From: an uncultured Mycoplasmatota bacterium
GTDB taxonomy: Bacteria > Bacillota_I > Bacilli_A > RF39 > UBA660
NCBI GenBank assembly: GCA_946498375.1
Contig: CAMMOI010000001.1
Span: forward strand, 8,433 to 72,432
Direction of reading: 5' to 3'
Length of the DNA: 64,000 nt
Shown: positions 63,476 through 64,000 of the stretch, one piece after another
How the letters are laid out: every line of letters begins with the position of its first letter
Numbering within the stretch: position 1 is the first letter of the stretch
Program-made: the position numbers and the translations under genes
Notes under the pieces: model-generated
Databases searched by the model: none
Told to the model about the DNA's origin: nothing
Seen by the model: the letters and a program-made list of their open reading frames with translations, nothing else

Positions 63476-64000
63476 ATAATTATTAGAAAGAATATTATTG
63501 TTAAACAAGTAGATTTGCAAGATTGTGGTCCATGTTGTATGTTGTCAATAATAAGGTTCTATGGAGGAAATATTCCATTAGAAAAAATAAAATTAGATAC
63601 TCTGACTGCAAAAGATGGAACAAGTGCTTTTCATATTATAGAAGCATTTAAAAAATATGGCTTTGATGCAGTAGGAAAAAAAGTACCATTAAAAGATTTA
63701 AATGATAATTTATTACCTGTAATTGCTCATGTTCAAATAGATAATGTTTTTAAACATTATGTCGTAATTTATAAAATTAATTATGATAAAGAAAAAATAG
63801 GTATTATGGATCCTGCTATTGGTATTAAAGAGATTACTTTTAAAGAGTTTTTAAAAGTATGGAATAATGTTATTATTCAAGTATATCCCCAATCTAAAAC
63901 TCCACCTTTTATTACTGATCATTCACTTACCTCATTAATAGTAAAGCTTTTAAAAACTGAGAAGGAAAATATTTTAAAATTAATAGCTATAAGTAGTCTT
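63476..64000 (+). CDS. N-terminal peptidase-C39 domain of a bacteriocin-type ABC exporter (partial, runs off window)
   Basis: IVKQVDLQDCGPCCMLSIIRFYGG matches the C39 active-site region (Q.D..DCG.A.L). Catalytic His region HYVVIYKI follows. In-frame stop at 63464-63466 and no ATG/GTG/TTG before the Cys motif. Only ATA/ATT codons follow the AGGGAG SD. Confidence 0.6.
   Translation, partial: MIIRKNIIVKQVDLQDCGPCCMLSIIRFYGGNIPLEKIKLDTLTAKDGTSAFHIIEAFKKYGFDAVGKKVPLKDLNDNLLPVIAHVQIDNVFKHYVVIYKINYDKEKIGIMDPAIGIKEITFKEFLKVWNNVIIQVYPQSKTPPFITDHSLTSLIVKLLKTEKENILKLIAISSL

Overview
This 64 kb window is very AT-rich chromosomal DNA from an endospore-forming, low-GC Firmicute. Gene order partly parallels Bacillus: rpsT-gpr-spoIIP-yqxA, spoVS, sigG-ylmC, lspA-rluD, a lexA / small SOS gene / yneF neighbourhood, ftsY ... 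ylxM, glyQS behind a T-box, gerM, gerE and spoIIIAH. Housekeeping genes include clpB, metG, pyk, ssb, a PPIase, tmk, a cysteine desulfurase, a FemAB-family enzyme and three tRNA clusters (Val-Thr-Tyr-Gln-Lys, Arg-Pro, and two single tRNA-Arg genes). Several pockets are not explained by core functions. (1) At 13.2-17.0 kb an operon is tandemly duplicated, promoter and RBS included. It encodes two about 555 aa paralogs built from a coiled-coil region, a glycine-zipper hydrophobic core flanked by Lys-rich segments, and a conserved C-terminal domain; a DUF1292 gene is coupled to the first copy only, and the identity pattern suggests gene conversion. I could not assign a function and regard it as the best candidate for an undescribed system. 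(2) A ClpB without the N-terminal domain sits behind a near-perfect CIRCE (HrcA) operator. (3) A promoter, about 140 nt of structured leader with a three-hairpin junction, and an intrinsic terminator precede a hypothetical gene at 9.27-9.43 kb. (4) An IS3-family element has a 7-A slippery site and an amber nonsense codon at codon 7 of orfA. (5) A 4 kb island of unknowns follows tRNA-Arg(CCT) and includes a transglutaminase-like Cys-His-Asp protein and a Rossmann methyltransferase-like protein with a degenerate glycine loop. (6) Bacteriocin-like accessory parts are scattered: two membrane-anchored CSHC thioredoxins, a CPBP/Abi protease, and a C39-peptidase ABC exporter at the window edge with no canonical start codon. 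Coordinates of refined starts were calculated by hand from the ORF track and may be off by a codon.
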